A stretch of DNA of 51,683 bases, from the NCBI GenBank assembly GCA_964236955.1, contig CAXSGP010000023.1, positions 1 through 51,683 on the forward strand, in the 5' to 3' direction. Below, piece after piece: positions 10,505-19,542 of the stretch. Position 1 is the first letter of the stretch. Each line of letters begins with the position of its first letter. The translations under genes and the position numbers were made by a program. Under the pieces are notes generated by a model. The model did no database searches and was not told the DNA's origin. It was given only the letters and a program-made list of their open reading frames with translations. The DNA is from an uncultured Oligoflexus sp. (lineage in GTDB: Bacteria; Bdellovibrionota_B; Oligoflexia; Oligoflexales; Oligoflexaceae).

Positions 10505-11497
10505 ATGGTTGTCTACGATACACACGCCCATGTGTTTCCTTCGGTTCGGGAACGGCTGCAGGATCAGTTGCCTCCCGGTCTGCTTCATACTTTCGACGAT
10601 TGGGTACAAAAGGCCTCCATACCCCCAGCTTTCTCGACCCTTAAAAATTATTGGGTTAAATGGCTGCAAACCCTTGAGGACAAAGGCAAGTCGATCGATA
10701 TCGAGACGGTGGCTGGATTTCAAACACGTTTTCACCCGCAGATGTTTAAGGTCATCGAGGGACTGATATCTGTGGTCCTTGGGCCGAAGCAAATACTGCA
10801 AGGCACCCTACCCAATCTTTTGGAATCGATGGCCAGCAACGGCATCGACAAAACAGTCGTGATCGCCTCGGGCAGTCAAAGCCCCAACGAATGGATATTG
10901 GATCAGGCAGCGGTCAATTCTAAGCTCATTCCCGTCGTAAGTTTGCCTCCTCAGTTTGCAACGAGCACGCTTGAAAACTGTCTGATTGAGATGGAACGTC
11001 TGGTCATGCGGGGTGCCCGGGGTTTCAAAATTCATACCAATTTTGATAACATTCCGGCTGATCATCCCGCCTATCACGCCTATTTTGAAAGCGCTCGAAT
11101 CCATTCCAAGTTTATTATTTTGCATACCGGCTGCTTTCACGTCCCTCTCTACAAAAACCCGGCACCACCATCGTTACTCGAATTTGAAAGCTATTTTGAA
11201 GATTATCCGGACGTCAAAGTCTGCCTTGCCCATATGAATCGGGACAATCCCGAAGAAGCCTGGATTTATATGAAGCGTTTCAATCAGCTCTACGCCGATA
11301 CCAGTTGGCAAACGTCTGCTAGCATAAGACAGGCTCAGGCAGCGGTCGGTCATGATCGTATACTACTGGGGTCCGATTGGCCGCTTTTGCATAAAAATTT
11401 GCAGGCAAACGCTCTTGATGTCCTGCGCCAGGCCTTAAGCGAGACACAGGTCGAAAATATTTTAGGCCGGAATGCAGAAGTATTTCTGGGAATCTAA
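10505..11497 (+). CDS. amidohydrolase family (TIM-barrel metal-dependent) protein
   Basis: DTHAH, GFKIH, ILHTG, LAHM, LLGSDWP. Confidence 0.85.
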   Translation: MVVYDTHAHVFPSVRERLQDQLPPGLLHTFDDWVQKASIPPAFSTLKNYWVKWLQTLEDKGKSIDIETVAGFQTRFHPQMFKVIEGLISVVLGPKQILQGTLPNLLESMASNGIDKTVVIASGSQSPNEWILDQAAVNSKLIPVVSLPPQFATSTLENCLIEMERLVMRGARGFKIHTNFDNIPADHPAYHAYFESARIHSKFIILHTGCFHVPLYKNPAPPSLLEFESYFEDYPDVKVCLAHMNRDNPEEAWIYMKRFNQLYADTSWQTSASIRQAQAAVGHDRILLGSDWPLLHKNLQANALDVLRQALSETQVENILGRNAEVFLGI

Positions 11498-11550
11498 AGC
11501 TCTGTAATCGATGACAGCCACTTAGCGCGATCCAATAAGTGGCTACCGGT

Positions 11551-12510
11551 TCACCAGCCGTAGTTGGGTTTGCGTGAGAAGTTATGGCGGGTTGACACTT
11601 CACGTATGGTGCCTGTTTGCGAGCGCATGATGATACTATGCGTGGTCGCTCCCTGACCCGAATAGCGCACACCGCGTAAATAAGAACCGTTGGTCACCCC
11701 GGTTGCAACAAACATCACGTTGCCCTTGGCCAGTTCGTCGATTGTATAGATCCGGTCATAATCCGTAATTCCCATCGCTTTTGCCCGTTCCTTTTCAAGT
11801 TCAGAACGCCATTTTAAAATGCCCTGAAACCCGCCGCCGAGACAACGTAAGGCCGCTGCGGTAATCACGCCTTCGGGAGCGCCACCGGTTCCCATTAAAA
11901 CATCTATTCCCGTCAACACCTCAGCTGTCGAAATTCCCGCTTGAACATCGCCATCACCGATCAAGCGAATACATGCGCCAGCCTGCCTCGCTTCACCGAT
12001 GATTTCCGCGTGACGAGGTCGGTCCAATATAATTAAAACCAAATCCTGTATCGTCTTATTTTTAGCTTTGGCGATGCGTTGGAGGTTCCAGGTCACCGAC
12101 TCGCGGATATCGATCACATCTTTCGCTTCAGGTCCTACCGCGAGTTTTTGCATATAGGTATCGGGTGCATGTAAAAAATTTCCGTCTTCAGCGGCAGCGA
12201 TAACCGCCATGGCTTCTGGCCCACCGCTAGCCGTAATTGAAGTCCCTTCAAGTGGATCGCAGGCTATATCGATTTTTGGACCATGACCACTTCCGACCTT
12301 TTCCCCGATATAAAGCATGGGCGCTTCATCGCGCTCACCTTCGCCAATGCGTATGGTTGCATCGATCTGCATGACATCGAAAGCCTTGCGCATCGACTCC
12401 ACGGCTGCAGCATCCGCTGAATTTTCATCGCCACGACCAATCCAGCGACCAGCGGAGAGGGCCGCAGCCTCTGTCACCCGAACGAATTCCAAAGCAAGGT
12501 TACGATCCAT
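11551..12510 (-). CDS. glpX: class II fructose-1,6-bisphosphatase
   Basis: RVTEAAAL, IGEGERDEAPMLYIGE, DPLEGT, GGAPEGV. Confidence 0.97.
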   Translation of the reverse strand: MDRNLALEFVRVTEAAALSAGRWIGRGDENSADAAAVESMRKAFDVMQIDATIRIGEGERDEAPMLYIGEKVGSGHGPKIDIACDPLEGTSITASGGPEAMAVIAAAEDGNFLHAPDTYMQKLAVGPEAKDVIDIRESVTWNLQRIAKAKNKTIQDLVLIILDRPRHAEIIGEARQAGACIRLIGDGDVQAGISTAEVLTGIDVLMGTGGAPEGVITAAALRCLGGGFQGILKWRSELEKERAKAMGITDYDRIYTIDELAKGNVMFVATGVTNGSYLRGVRYSGQGATTHSIIMRSQTGTIREVSTRHNFSRKPNYGW

Positions 12511-12850
12511 TTTCTAGGCTCCCTGTGTTACACACCGCTCAATCCGACCCTACCCTTACAGTTTAGCCTTTTTTCCCAGCGAATTCATGTGGGAAGAGCA
12601 ACGGAGGAGCGCGTTTTTTTATAAGCCGGCCCTCGCCGGGTTGATTTGGACCCGGGAGCCTAAAAAAAAAGTCAACATGACAGTATTTGGGACGACGAAT
12701 GTGCGAATCAATTGGAGGACAAAGGCCTCACGGCCAGACTGGTTTCCGCTCCAAGCCTTCGATCTACGCAAAAGGGCCTGCCGAAAGCAAGCCTTTTACC
12801 TGATATGAGCCGGTCTTGCCTGGGACGAGCAAGCCTGATCCTTTGTTCAT

Positions 12851-13567
12851 TTAATCATTGACAAAACGGCCCATGATCAGCGCTCTATCCTTACGGAGCC
12901 GGCGCTGTTCCTCAAGCCCGGGCCTTCCGTCTTTGTCGGTATCGTAGGATGCGATGATTTTTTCCCAACCCTTGACAAGGCTGTTGCGAATGTCCTGCTT
13001 GCTCATTTTGCTCAAGTCGCTGATGCCGGCGATTCGAATAAGAAGGTCCTGGATCTCCTGCTCGGACAGAAGCGTATGGTCGGCCGACACTGTATCAAAT
13101 AGTTCTCTATCGAACTCATGACCCATAAGGGCGCCCGATGTGCCCTCAAGTTCGGGACTCAACTGGATGGCGCTGAATTCTTCAAAATTCAGTTTGCCGT
13201 CTTTATCTTTGTCACCCAAAGTCAAAAGAATCTTAGCCATAAACTCAAGACGTCTCGGTTGTAGGTTCGCAGCGAAATCGAAAGCTTCGACCAGTCCTTC
13301 ATTCTTCAGGCTAATTCCCGCATCAGCGGCGAGGGGATGAGGGTTAGTTTTGGAAGCTTTAAACACAGACTCTAAGAACACACCGGCGAAATAAGCCTCG
13401 TCCGGGCCAACAACCCCTTCGGAACTATCACTTTCATTGGCAGGAGTTGATGCGCTGACCGCTGCCGATGACCGTCCATTCATTTTGGCCGAATTATCGG
13501 CTGACGTCTGAGTCTCTTGGCAAGCAAGGGCGATAGCTGTCAAAAAACTAAGGTTAACTAATTTCAT
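12851..13567 (-). CDS. EF-hand-containing lipoprotein
   Basis: Lipobox ALAC; EF-hand-like DKDKDGKLNFEE and DTDKDGRPGLEE; AGGAG RBS. Confidence 0.7.
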   Translation of the reverse strand: MKLVNLSFLTAIALACQETQTSADNSAKMNGRSSAAVSASTPANESDSSEGVVGPDEAYFAGVFLESVFKASKTNPHPLAADAGISLKNEGLVEAFDFAANLQPRRLEFMAKILLTLGDKDKDGKLNFEEFSAIQLSPELEGTSGALMGHEFDRELFDTVSADHTLLSEQEIQDLLIRIAGISDLSKMSKQDIRNSLVKGWEKIIASYDTDKDGRPGLEEQRRLRKDRALIMGRFVND

Positions 13568-13591
13568 TCCCATACTCCTATAGCAAAGATC

Positions 13592-13618
13592 TTTTCGGCC
13601 CCACCCTTGAATCGCTTG
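13592..13618 (-). promoter_or_regulatory. sigma28 (FliA)-like promoter
   Basis: TCAA-N15-GCCGAAAA upstream of the EF-hand lipoprotein. Confidence 0.55.
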
Positions 13619-13706
13619 AGTATAATTCATAAATTTAAATATTAATGATTAATATCATTATGTTAATGATGAAATTTGAGTCTCAAAGAACATGATGTCT
13701 TCCTTA

Positions 13707-14342
13707 CTAGAGCATGTCTTGATTTTCCCAGATATGAATGCCTGGGGCATTCTCCAATATCTTCCTCACGATGAATCTCGATAGCCGATCGACCTCGATA
13801 GGACGAAATTTATTAAAAGCTTTGGGATAAAGGCCTTTAAAACGTCGATAAAGGCCAGCCAGGACTTCTTCGGCCATACGAAAATCTTCGCGTTGGCCAA
13901 GCAGCAAAGACGGGCGATAGATATGAAGGGAGCTAAAGCCGAGGCTTTTAATTTCCATCTCCAGTACAGCTTTAATTCTCAGATAGTATTGTTTGGACGC
14001 CGGGTCGGCGCCAAGCGCCGTGAGGAGGTGGAAGTTTTTAACGCCATGATCACGAGCGGCACAGGCAAAACGTAGGGGTAGATTGAGGTCCACCTCTTCA
14101 AAGGCGTGACGGGATTTAGCTTTTTTGATGGTGGTCCCAACCGCACAAAACGCGGTATCGGCGTCAAGTCCGGCCATCATCCCGTTCATATCTTTAAGAT
14201 CGCCGACTCGCTCCAGTCCACCCTGAAGGTTGAGTCGCCGCCGGGTGAAAGTCGTAATTTCCGGCGGGCTCTTTTCAAGCAGCAGGTTCGAATAGCAGCT
14301 GCTCCCAACGAGTCCGCTACTTCCAAGCATAAATAATTTCAT
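13707..14342 (-). CDS. NAD(P)-binding oxidoreductase (YraR/TIP30-like)
   Basis: GSSGLVG Rossmann motif, FCAVGTT, YRPSLLLG. Confidence 0.85.
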   Translation of the reverse strand: MKLFMLGSSGLVGSSCYSNLLLEKSPPEITTFTRRRLNLQGGLERVGDLKDMNGMMAGLDADTAFCAVGTTIKKAKSRHAFEEVDLNLPLRFACAARDHGVKNFHLLTALGADPASKQYYLRIKAVLEMEIKSLGFSSLHIYRPSLLLGQREDFRMAEEVLAGLYRRFKGLYPKAFNKFRPIEVDRLSRFIVRKILENAPGIHIWENQDML

Positions 14343-14644
14343 AGAGCTTCCTCCCCACTGGGCCTAAGGCTTTGCGCCTGGCTATTCCCTGCATTCATGG
14401 ACATCTATCGTAAGAACTCAATCTTACCGTATCCATGACAAAAAATCTTGTCCCTATGTGTGACAGAGGCGGGTTGACTCAAGGCCATCGCCACCATGCT
14501 GGTAAAAAGTCGGGACATAAGTTTTCCTCATGATCCTGCAGACTTTTTTGCGGCTATTTTAAAAAGTTGGTAAAGGCAGGGGCCTAGGCGAGATCGTTGG
14601 CCCGTAGTAACCTTAAGGGATATATTCTTCCAAGGAGTCAAAAA

Positions 14645-15760
14645 ATGCGCCTCCAGAGCCTTTTGCTCGTAAGTATCATAGGACTGACGGCCTGTAAGAC
14701 AGCCAATTTCAAGGGTGATACTGGTGCCGGAAAAAAGGCCAATTCGCCGACTGAAATAGGCACTGTCGAAAGCAACAACCAAAATCCAACCCCAGCTCCT
14801 GTGCTAGCGCCTCCAGGAAGCCTTCCGACCTCTGACAACGTCGCGACGAAACCGGAAGTGGCACCGGCTGGCGCAACACCCGCCGCAACACCGGCTGGCC
14901 CAACGCCGGCCGCAATACCGGCTGGCGCAACAGCACCTGCCGGCAATCCCCCGTCAGCCACCCCCGCTTCCCAGCCTCCTAAAACGCCCGAGGGTCCGAA
15001 GACGACAGTGGTAAAAAATCCAGACGGCAGTGTCACCACAATAACGGCACTTCCCGATGGCACCAAGACGAGCAGCACGACATCGACAGATAAAAACGGC
15101 ACAGTTACGGTCGTTACGATCGGGCCCGATGGAAAAAAAATAACAACGGTCACAAGCACCAAAACTGACGGAACCGTTACCATCACGACCACAAACGCCG
15201 ATGGTACCAAGACGACAGTCGTCAAAACCCCAATGGGGACATCCCCCGGTCAAACACCACCTCCAACCTTTGTTGAATGTCCGGAATTTCCTGATCACAT
15301 GCTGATGGCTGGCCTCTACCGCATCCCTGAAAAGAGCGACAAGGTTCCCAATTTCGCGACGATCACCAAGAAAAAGGATGTATGCTTAAAGCAGCTCGAC
15401 GTGACCGATCGTGAATTCACCGAAGGCTTTCCCGGCATCTCCAACCTGGTGGAGTGGTTTGCCCTTGATATCAACTGGCGCGTCGAGGTTCCTGCCGCCG
15501 GTGACTATACGTTCTATCTCAATTCCGACGATGGGAGTTATCTCTATATAGACGGTATCCTCGTCATCAATAACGATGGGCTCCATCCCCACGTTGAAAA
15601 GGAAAGCGTCGCCAGAATTCCCAAGGGCATCCATAATTTTCGCGTAACCTGGTATCAGGGACCGCGTTATCGCATCGCGCTCGAGTTGTTCTGGAAACGC
15701 CCCGGTGCCAACAAGCGTGAATACATCCCTGTTCAGTATTTCTCCCGACCCAATAAATAA
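14645..15760 (+). CDS. PA14-domain lipoprotein with Pro/Ala- and Thr-rich stalk
   Basis: Lipobox LTAC; GDYTFYLNSDDGSYLYIDG..VINNDGLH PA14 motif; AAGGAG RBS. Confidence 0.85.
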   Translation: MRLQSLLLVSIIGLTACKTANFKGDTGAGKKANSPTEIGTVESNNQNPTPAPVLAPPGSLPTSDNVATKPEVAPAGATPAATPAGPTPAAIPAGATAPAGNPPSATPASQPPKTPEGPKTTVVKNPDGSVTTITALPDGTKTSSTTSTDKNGTVTVVTIGPDGKKITTVTSTKTDGTVTITTTNADGTKTTVVKTPMGTSPGQTPPPTFVECPEFPDHMLMAGLYRIPEKSDKVPNFATITKKKDVCLKQLDVTDREFTEGFPGISNLVEWFALDINWRVEVPAAGDYTFYLNSDDGSYLYIDGILVINNDGLHPHVEKESVARIPKGIHNFRVTWYQGPRYRIALELFWKRPGANKREYIPVQYFSRPNK

Positions 15761-15868
15761 CCACTTTTCCGGGTCTTTGGCCTCCGTCGAAGGCAGGCTG
15801 AAAAGCCATCGGCTATACCGTCAAGGCCTTCATTCAGAGGGCCTTTTGCCGTTCGAGGCACGAAGTGA

Positions 15869-17584
15869 CTATTTGCATTCCACCTTCTTCTGCCGGCTTT
15901 GCTCCCAGATCGGATTCCAGTAGTTCGCGAGCAGCTGGCGAGTGATTTTGGTATCACTGACCAGCAATCCGAATTCCTGAAGGTCTGAGGGATAGAAGTT
16001 TTGAGATCCCATATAAAAACCCACTTCATCAGCGATAATGAGTTTGGGGTGCACACCAATCGCATCGCCGTTCGGCCATTTGCTGAGGGCTGCATTAAAG
16101 AGCAGGGGAGCATATTCGATCTGATGACAAAGATACTCGCGCAGGCTCATTCCCCCTTCCGGCACGAACTTTCTGGCATTTGCTTCTCGAGTGACCGCCT
16201 CCAAAAGCAAACCCAGCGCTTTCTCGGGAGCAATCATTCCGTAGCCGAGGAAGACCGTTGAACTCGATTGGGCGACGCGAACGGTGACGCCACGCAAGAT
16301 TGCATCGATGAGTTCCGGTAACGAACGCGAAGGTTTGGGGCCAAGCTTGACGATGTCATTGAACATGTCCTGCTGGGCAAAATAAATACTCTTCCTGCTG
16401 GCTTTGAGAAGCGCGCTCATACCATCGTCAGAGGCATTGTTTCCCACCATTCCCATTCGCCCCAGACCAATGACACGAGCCGAACCTCTCATGGTTTCGG
16501 CCTGTACGGGCGGCGCGATGCGAGCGTTGTCTTTTAGATTCGAGGCGACCGGGTTGGCTTTGCTCCAAAGCGTATTGACAAAGTTCTGCACGCCGATTCC
16601 CAATGAACCTGAAGCATGCATGGAAAGATCGAAGATCGGTTGTTCCCGAAGGTAGTCCGGGTCCAAAAAGTTATGCCCGCCCTGCAGGACGTGATTGGCA
16701 TCGGCAAGGACTATCTTCGCATGATTCCAGCTCAGCTTTTTATCGGAGAGGAAGCCAAGATTGATCATGAGCCTTTCGGGCTGCCCCCCCACACTGGCAA
16801 TATCCTTCAAAAGGCCATCAAGAACTTTTTGCGGGGGGTTGATGAAATTAGGACTGATGCCATCCAAGCTGCTGAGGAGGATACGGATGGTCGGCGGAGA
16901 TTCCCTCTGGCTCAGGATTGACAGAGCATTGATAAGCACCTGTTTAAAGCGGCCGCTTGGCAGAGTCAGAGAGCTGATTTCAAGATGCTTCTCGGCACGC
17001 GTAAGCGCGAAATAGTAATTGTCCATCAAAGGATCGCCCGAACCAAGACACATCGATTTAGCGGTAGCACCCACTTTCTTTATGGAAGCCTGCAGCGGTA
17101 CACACTGGGTATGCGTGCTAAGGCATTGCATATCACTGCTACAAAGTTTTCGTTCAAATTGCGGGTCGCAACCTGGATTGTCCTTCTTGCAGGCGTAGCC
17201 TGCAGGAAGAGTTAACAGATCCTTTTTCCAATAGTTTTTTGGCGAATGAGCAACCCAGTCTCCCTCGATAAGAGCGCGACTTTCAAACCAGGTTTGATTT
17301 TCAAATTTACTGTGCTTGAGTCTTAGCTCGGAAACTATACTCTCATGCATCTCTTCTGCGGCTGTATCGACTTCGGCTACGGGCGCTGTAGGCGCGGTCT
17401 GGGTAGGGGGATCCGCATACGGGGGAACGCCCAAGGGCTCGCTTTGGTTTTGATTCGTGACCGAGATTTTGCCTTTGGCCGGATTAGCCCTGATACTTCT
17501 GCCTTCCTCTTGCCTCTTGCAGGCGGCGGGGAGCGCCAGCATCATGAGGAAAAGAACGACGATTCGGGTAAAATTTTTTTCCAT
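15869..17584 (-). CDS. phospholipase D family lipoprotein (two HKD motifs)
   Basis: Signal ending LPAAC; SWNHAKIVLAD..GGHN and VHPKLIIAD..YMGSQNFYP, as in Streptomyces-type PLD. Confidence 0.88.
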   Translation of the reverse strand: MEKNFTRIVVLFLMMLALPAACKRQEEGRSIRANPAKGKISVTNQNQSEPLGVPPYADPPTQTAPTAPVAEVDTAAEEMHESIVSELRLKHSKFENQTWFESRALIEGDWVAHSPKNYWKKDLLTLPAGYACKKDNPGCDPQFERKLCSSDMQCLSTHTQCVPLQASIKKVGATAKSMCLGSGDPLMDNYYFALTRAEKHLEISSLTLPSGRFKQVLINALSILSQRESPPTIRILLSSLDGISPNFINPPQKVLDGLLKDIASVGGQPERLMINLGFLSDKKLSWNHAKIVLADANHVLQGGHNFLDPDYLREQPIFDLSMHASGSLGIGVQNFVNTLWSKANPVASNLKDNARIAPPVQAETMRGSARVIGLGRMGMVGNNASDDGMSALLKASRKSIYFAQQDMFNDIVKLGPKPSRSLPELIDAILRGVTVRVAQSSSTVFLGYGMIAPEKALGLLLEAVTREANARKFVPEGGMSLREYLCHQIEYAPLLFNAALSKWPNGDAIGVHPKLIIADEVGFYMGSQNFYPSDLQEFGLLVSDTKITRQLLANYWNPIWEQSRQKKVECK

Positions 17585-17813
17585 TTGGGCATCCGCTTGC
17601 TGAAGGTCGCTAAGTCTGCGGGCCTTATCGGCAGAATCACGAAAAAAACCAGCTAAATCAGGTTTTCCCCTAAACTTTTAGTATAAATTTTTGTCCAAAT
17701 TATCAACGAGATAGAAAAGATTAAAGTTAATTATGCAGAGTTCTGAATAAATTCAGGAAAAGGAGGTATAATCTCGGCATATCCCAAGAAATTGCCGAAG
17801 GAAGGCCCATCCT

Positions 17814-19094
17814 ATGATTAGCCGCCACATCTTAATCCTTAGCGCCTTATGCTCAACGATTGGATGCACAAAGCCTAAAGACAGTCCTAAGCCCAAGCCC
17901 TCGACTCCCGCTGTTACACCGTCTTCAGGGGAATCAAGCCCCGCTGTTACACCGTCTTCAGGGGAGTCAAGCCCCACTGCCACGCCTGCCGAAACCCCCT
18001 CGCCCGCAGCGGAAAGCCCAGCGGTGCCCGAGGCCCTCAGCTATCCCGTGCCGGATCCTGAACTTGGCGAGGCCCTGGCTGAGGGCGAGGTGGCTGCCGC
18101 TGCAGAAATAGCCAGCACCATCGAAGGACAGATCAAATCCAAATACCCTGCGGGATCGGGAAAACGTGCCCTTCGCGATGCACACCCTAAGACTCATGGT
18201 TGTTTGAAGGCAGAATTCACGGTCGATCCCGCAATCAAAGATGAATATGCTCAGGGCGTTTTTGCCAAGGGCAATAAATTCAAAGCGATCATTCGCTTTT
18301 CAAACAGCAGTGAAAACCCCAATCAGCCCGATATCACCAAAGACGGCCGCGGCATGGCCTTTAAGCTCTTAGAGGTGCCGGGCAAAAAGCTATTGGAAGT
18401 CGAAGCGCAAGCACTTTCGCAGGATTTCGTGATGATTAGTCATCCCGTGTTTTTCATCAAGGATCCAGTCGAATACGTAACGTTTATAAAGAAGTTTGAG
18501 AACTCGGATATCCTGAGCCAGCTTGCCACTCTCAAAACTCTTGGTGTTCAGGGCGTCAAGATCGCGACTGATATCAAAAGCCTGCAGATTGCATCACCCA
18601 TTCAAACGCAATATTATTCGAACGTTCCCTACCAGCTCGGCATCGGGCCCACTCGCAGGGCCGTCAAATACAATGCCCGCCCCTGTGCGATCAATGGCAA
18701 TGATTCAATCCCCACCAACACGAAGGATGCCAATTACCTTCGAACCAGTTTATTCGAGCACTTTAAGGTCGCAGACGCCTGCATGGACATTTACGTTCAG
18801 GTTCGTGATCCTTCGGCAAGCGTCGAGGACTCTCGAATCGAATGGAAAACGCCATGGAGTAAGGTCGCGACGCTGACGATGAAAAAAGGCAATCAAGACC
18901 TGCCCGCCCTGCCTGATGCGATGATTCCAGCTAACCAGGCTTGTGATAGTCTAAGCTTTAACCCCTGGCATTCGTTGCCCGAGCATAAACCCCTGGGGTC
19001 TATGAATCGGGTGCGGAAGTCAGTCTACGAAGCGATCAGCCGTTTGCGCCATGATCTCAATAAGGAAGTGAGAAAGGAACCCGGGGCAAACTGA
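17814..19094 (+). CDS. catalase-related heme protein (allene oxide synthase/peroxidase-like), lipoprotein
   Basis: Lipobox TIGC; RDAHPKTHGC, IRFSN, DGRGMAFK, FNPWH, proximal RKSVY. Confidence 0.85.
   Translation: MISRHILILSALCSTIGCTKPKDSPKPKPSTPAVTPSSGESSPAVTPSSGESSPTATPAETPSPAAESPAVPEALSYPVPDPELGEALAEGEVAAAAEIASTIEGQIKSKYPAGSGKRALRDAHPKTHGCLKAEFTVDPAIKDEYAQGVFAKGNKFKAIIRFSNSSENPNQPDITKDGRGMAFKLLEVPGKKLLEVEAQALSQDFVMISHPVFFIKDPVEYVTFIKKFENSDILSQLATLKTLGVQGVKIATDIKSLQIASPIQTQYYSNVPYQLGIGPTRRAVKYNARPCAINGNDSIPTNTKDANYLRTSLFEHFKVADACMDIYVQVRDPSASVEDSRIEWKTPWSKVATLTMKKGNQDLPALPDAMIPANQACDSLSFNPWHSLPEHKPLGSMNRVRKSVYEAISRLRHDLNKEVRKEPGAN
17907..17972 (+). repeat. 33-bp tandem duplication (PAVTPSSGESS x2) in the linker
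   Basis: CCCGCTGTTACACCGTCTTCAGGGGA(A/G)TCAAGC twice. Confidence 0.95.
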
Positions 19095-19116
19095 TCGTCC
19101 CGGAAAGCGCGGACAA

Positions 19117-19146
19117 CAAAGGCCACCCTGCTTGGGATGGCCTTTG
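19117..19146. terminator. hairpin between convergent genes
   Basis: CAAAGGCCA...TGGCCTTTG. Confidence 0.55.
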
Positions 19147-19151
19147 GTCGT

Positions 19152-19526
19152 TTATTTGAGCATTCTCAGTTCGGTGGTTTCCCCTGCAAGGATCATCATA
19201 TAGTTGGTGCTGACAATAAATTCCTCAATTACGTAAATCTCAAGCCGTTCCTCCAGCTCCTTATTGTCCAAGTGATCAAGGAAGAATTTTTGATCCTCAC
19301 GGTGCGATTTGGCGAGCAGCAGACTCTGATAGAATTCAGTTATCGTTTGCTCACCGGCCCCCTCCAGGGGAAAATGCTTCCTGAGAATAGATCGAACCTT
19401 ACTTTCGCCCTCCGAGCTTTGCAGGAGCGATTTAAGGCTCGCACCAGCACCTGCCAGAGCCAGGGTTGAGCTTGAGAGCATCAAGGCTCCGAGAACACTT
19501 CTTCGACTGACGTTTCGATTCATCAT
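19152..19526 (-). CDS. small protein with twin-arginine (Tat)-like signal
   Basis: N-terminus VSRRSVLGALML..ALA; starts 16 nt after the lipoxygenase stop. Confidence 0.7.
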   Translation of the reverse strand: MMNRNVSRRSVLGALMLSSSTLALAGAGASLKSLLQSSEGESKVRSILRKHFPLEGAGEQTITEFYQSLLLAKSHREDQKFFLDHLDNKELEERLEIYVIEEFIVSTNYMMILAGETTELRMLK

Positions 19527-19542
19527 CTTATTCGCCTTTCGC

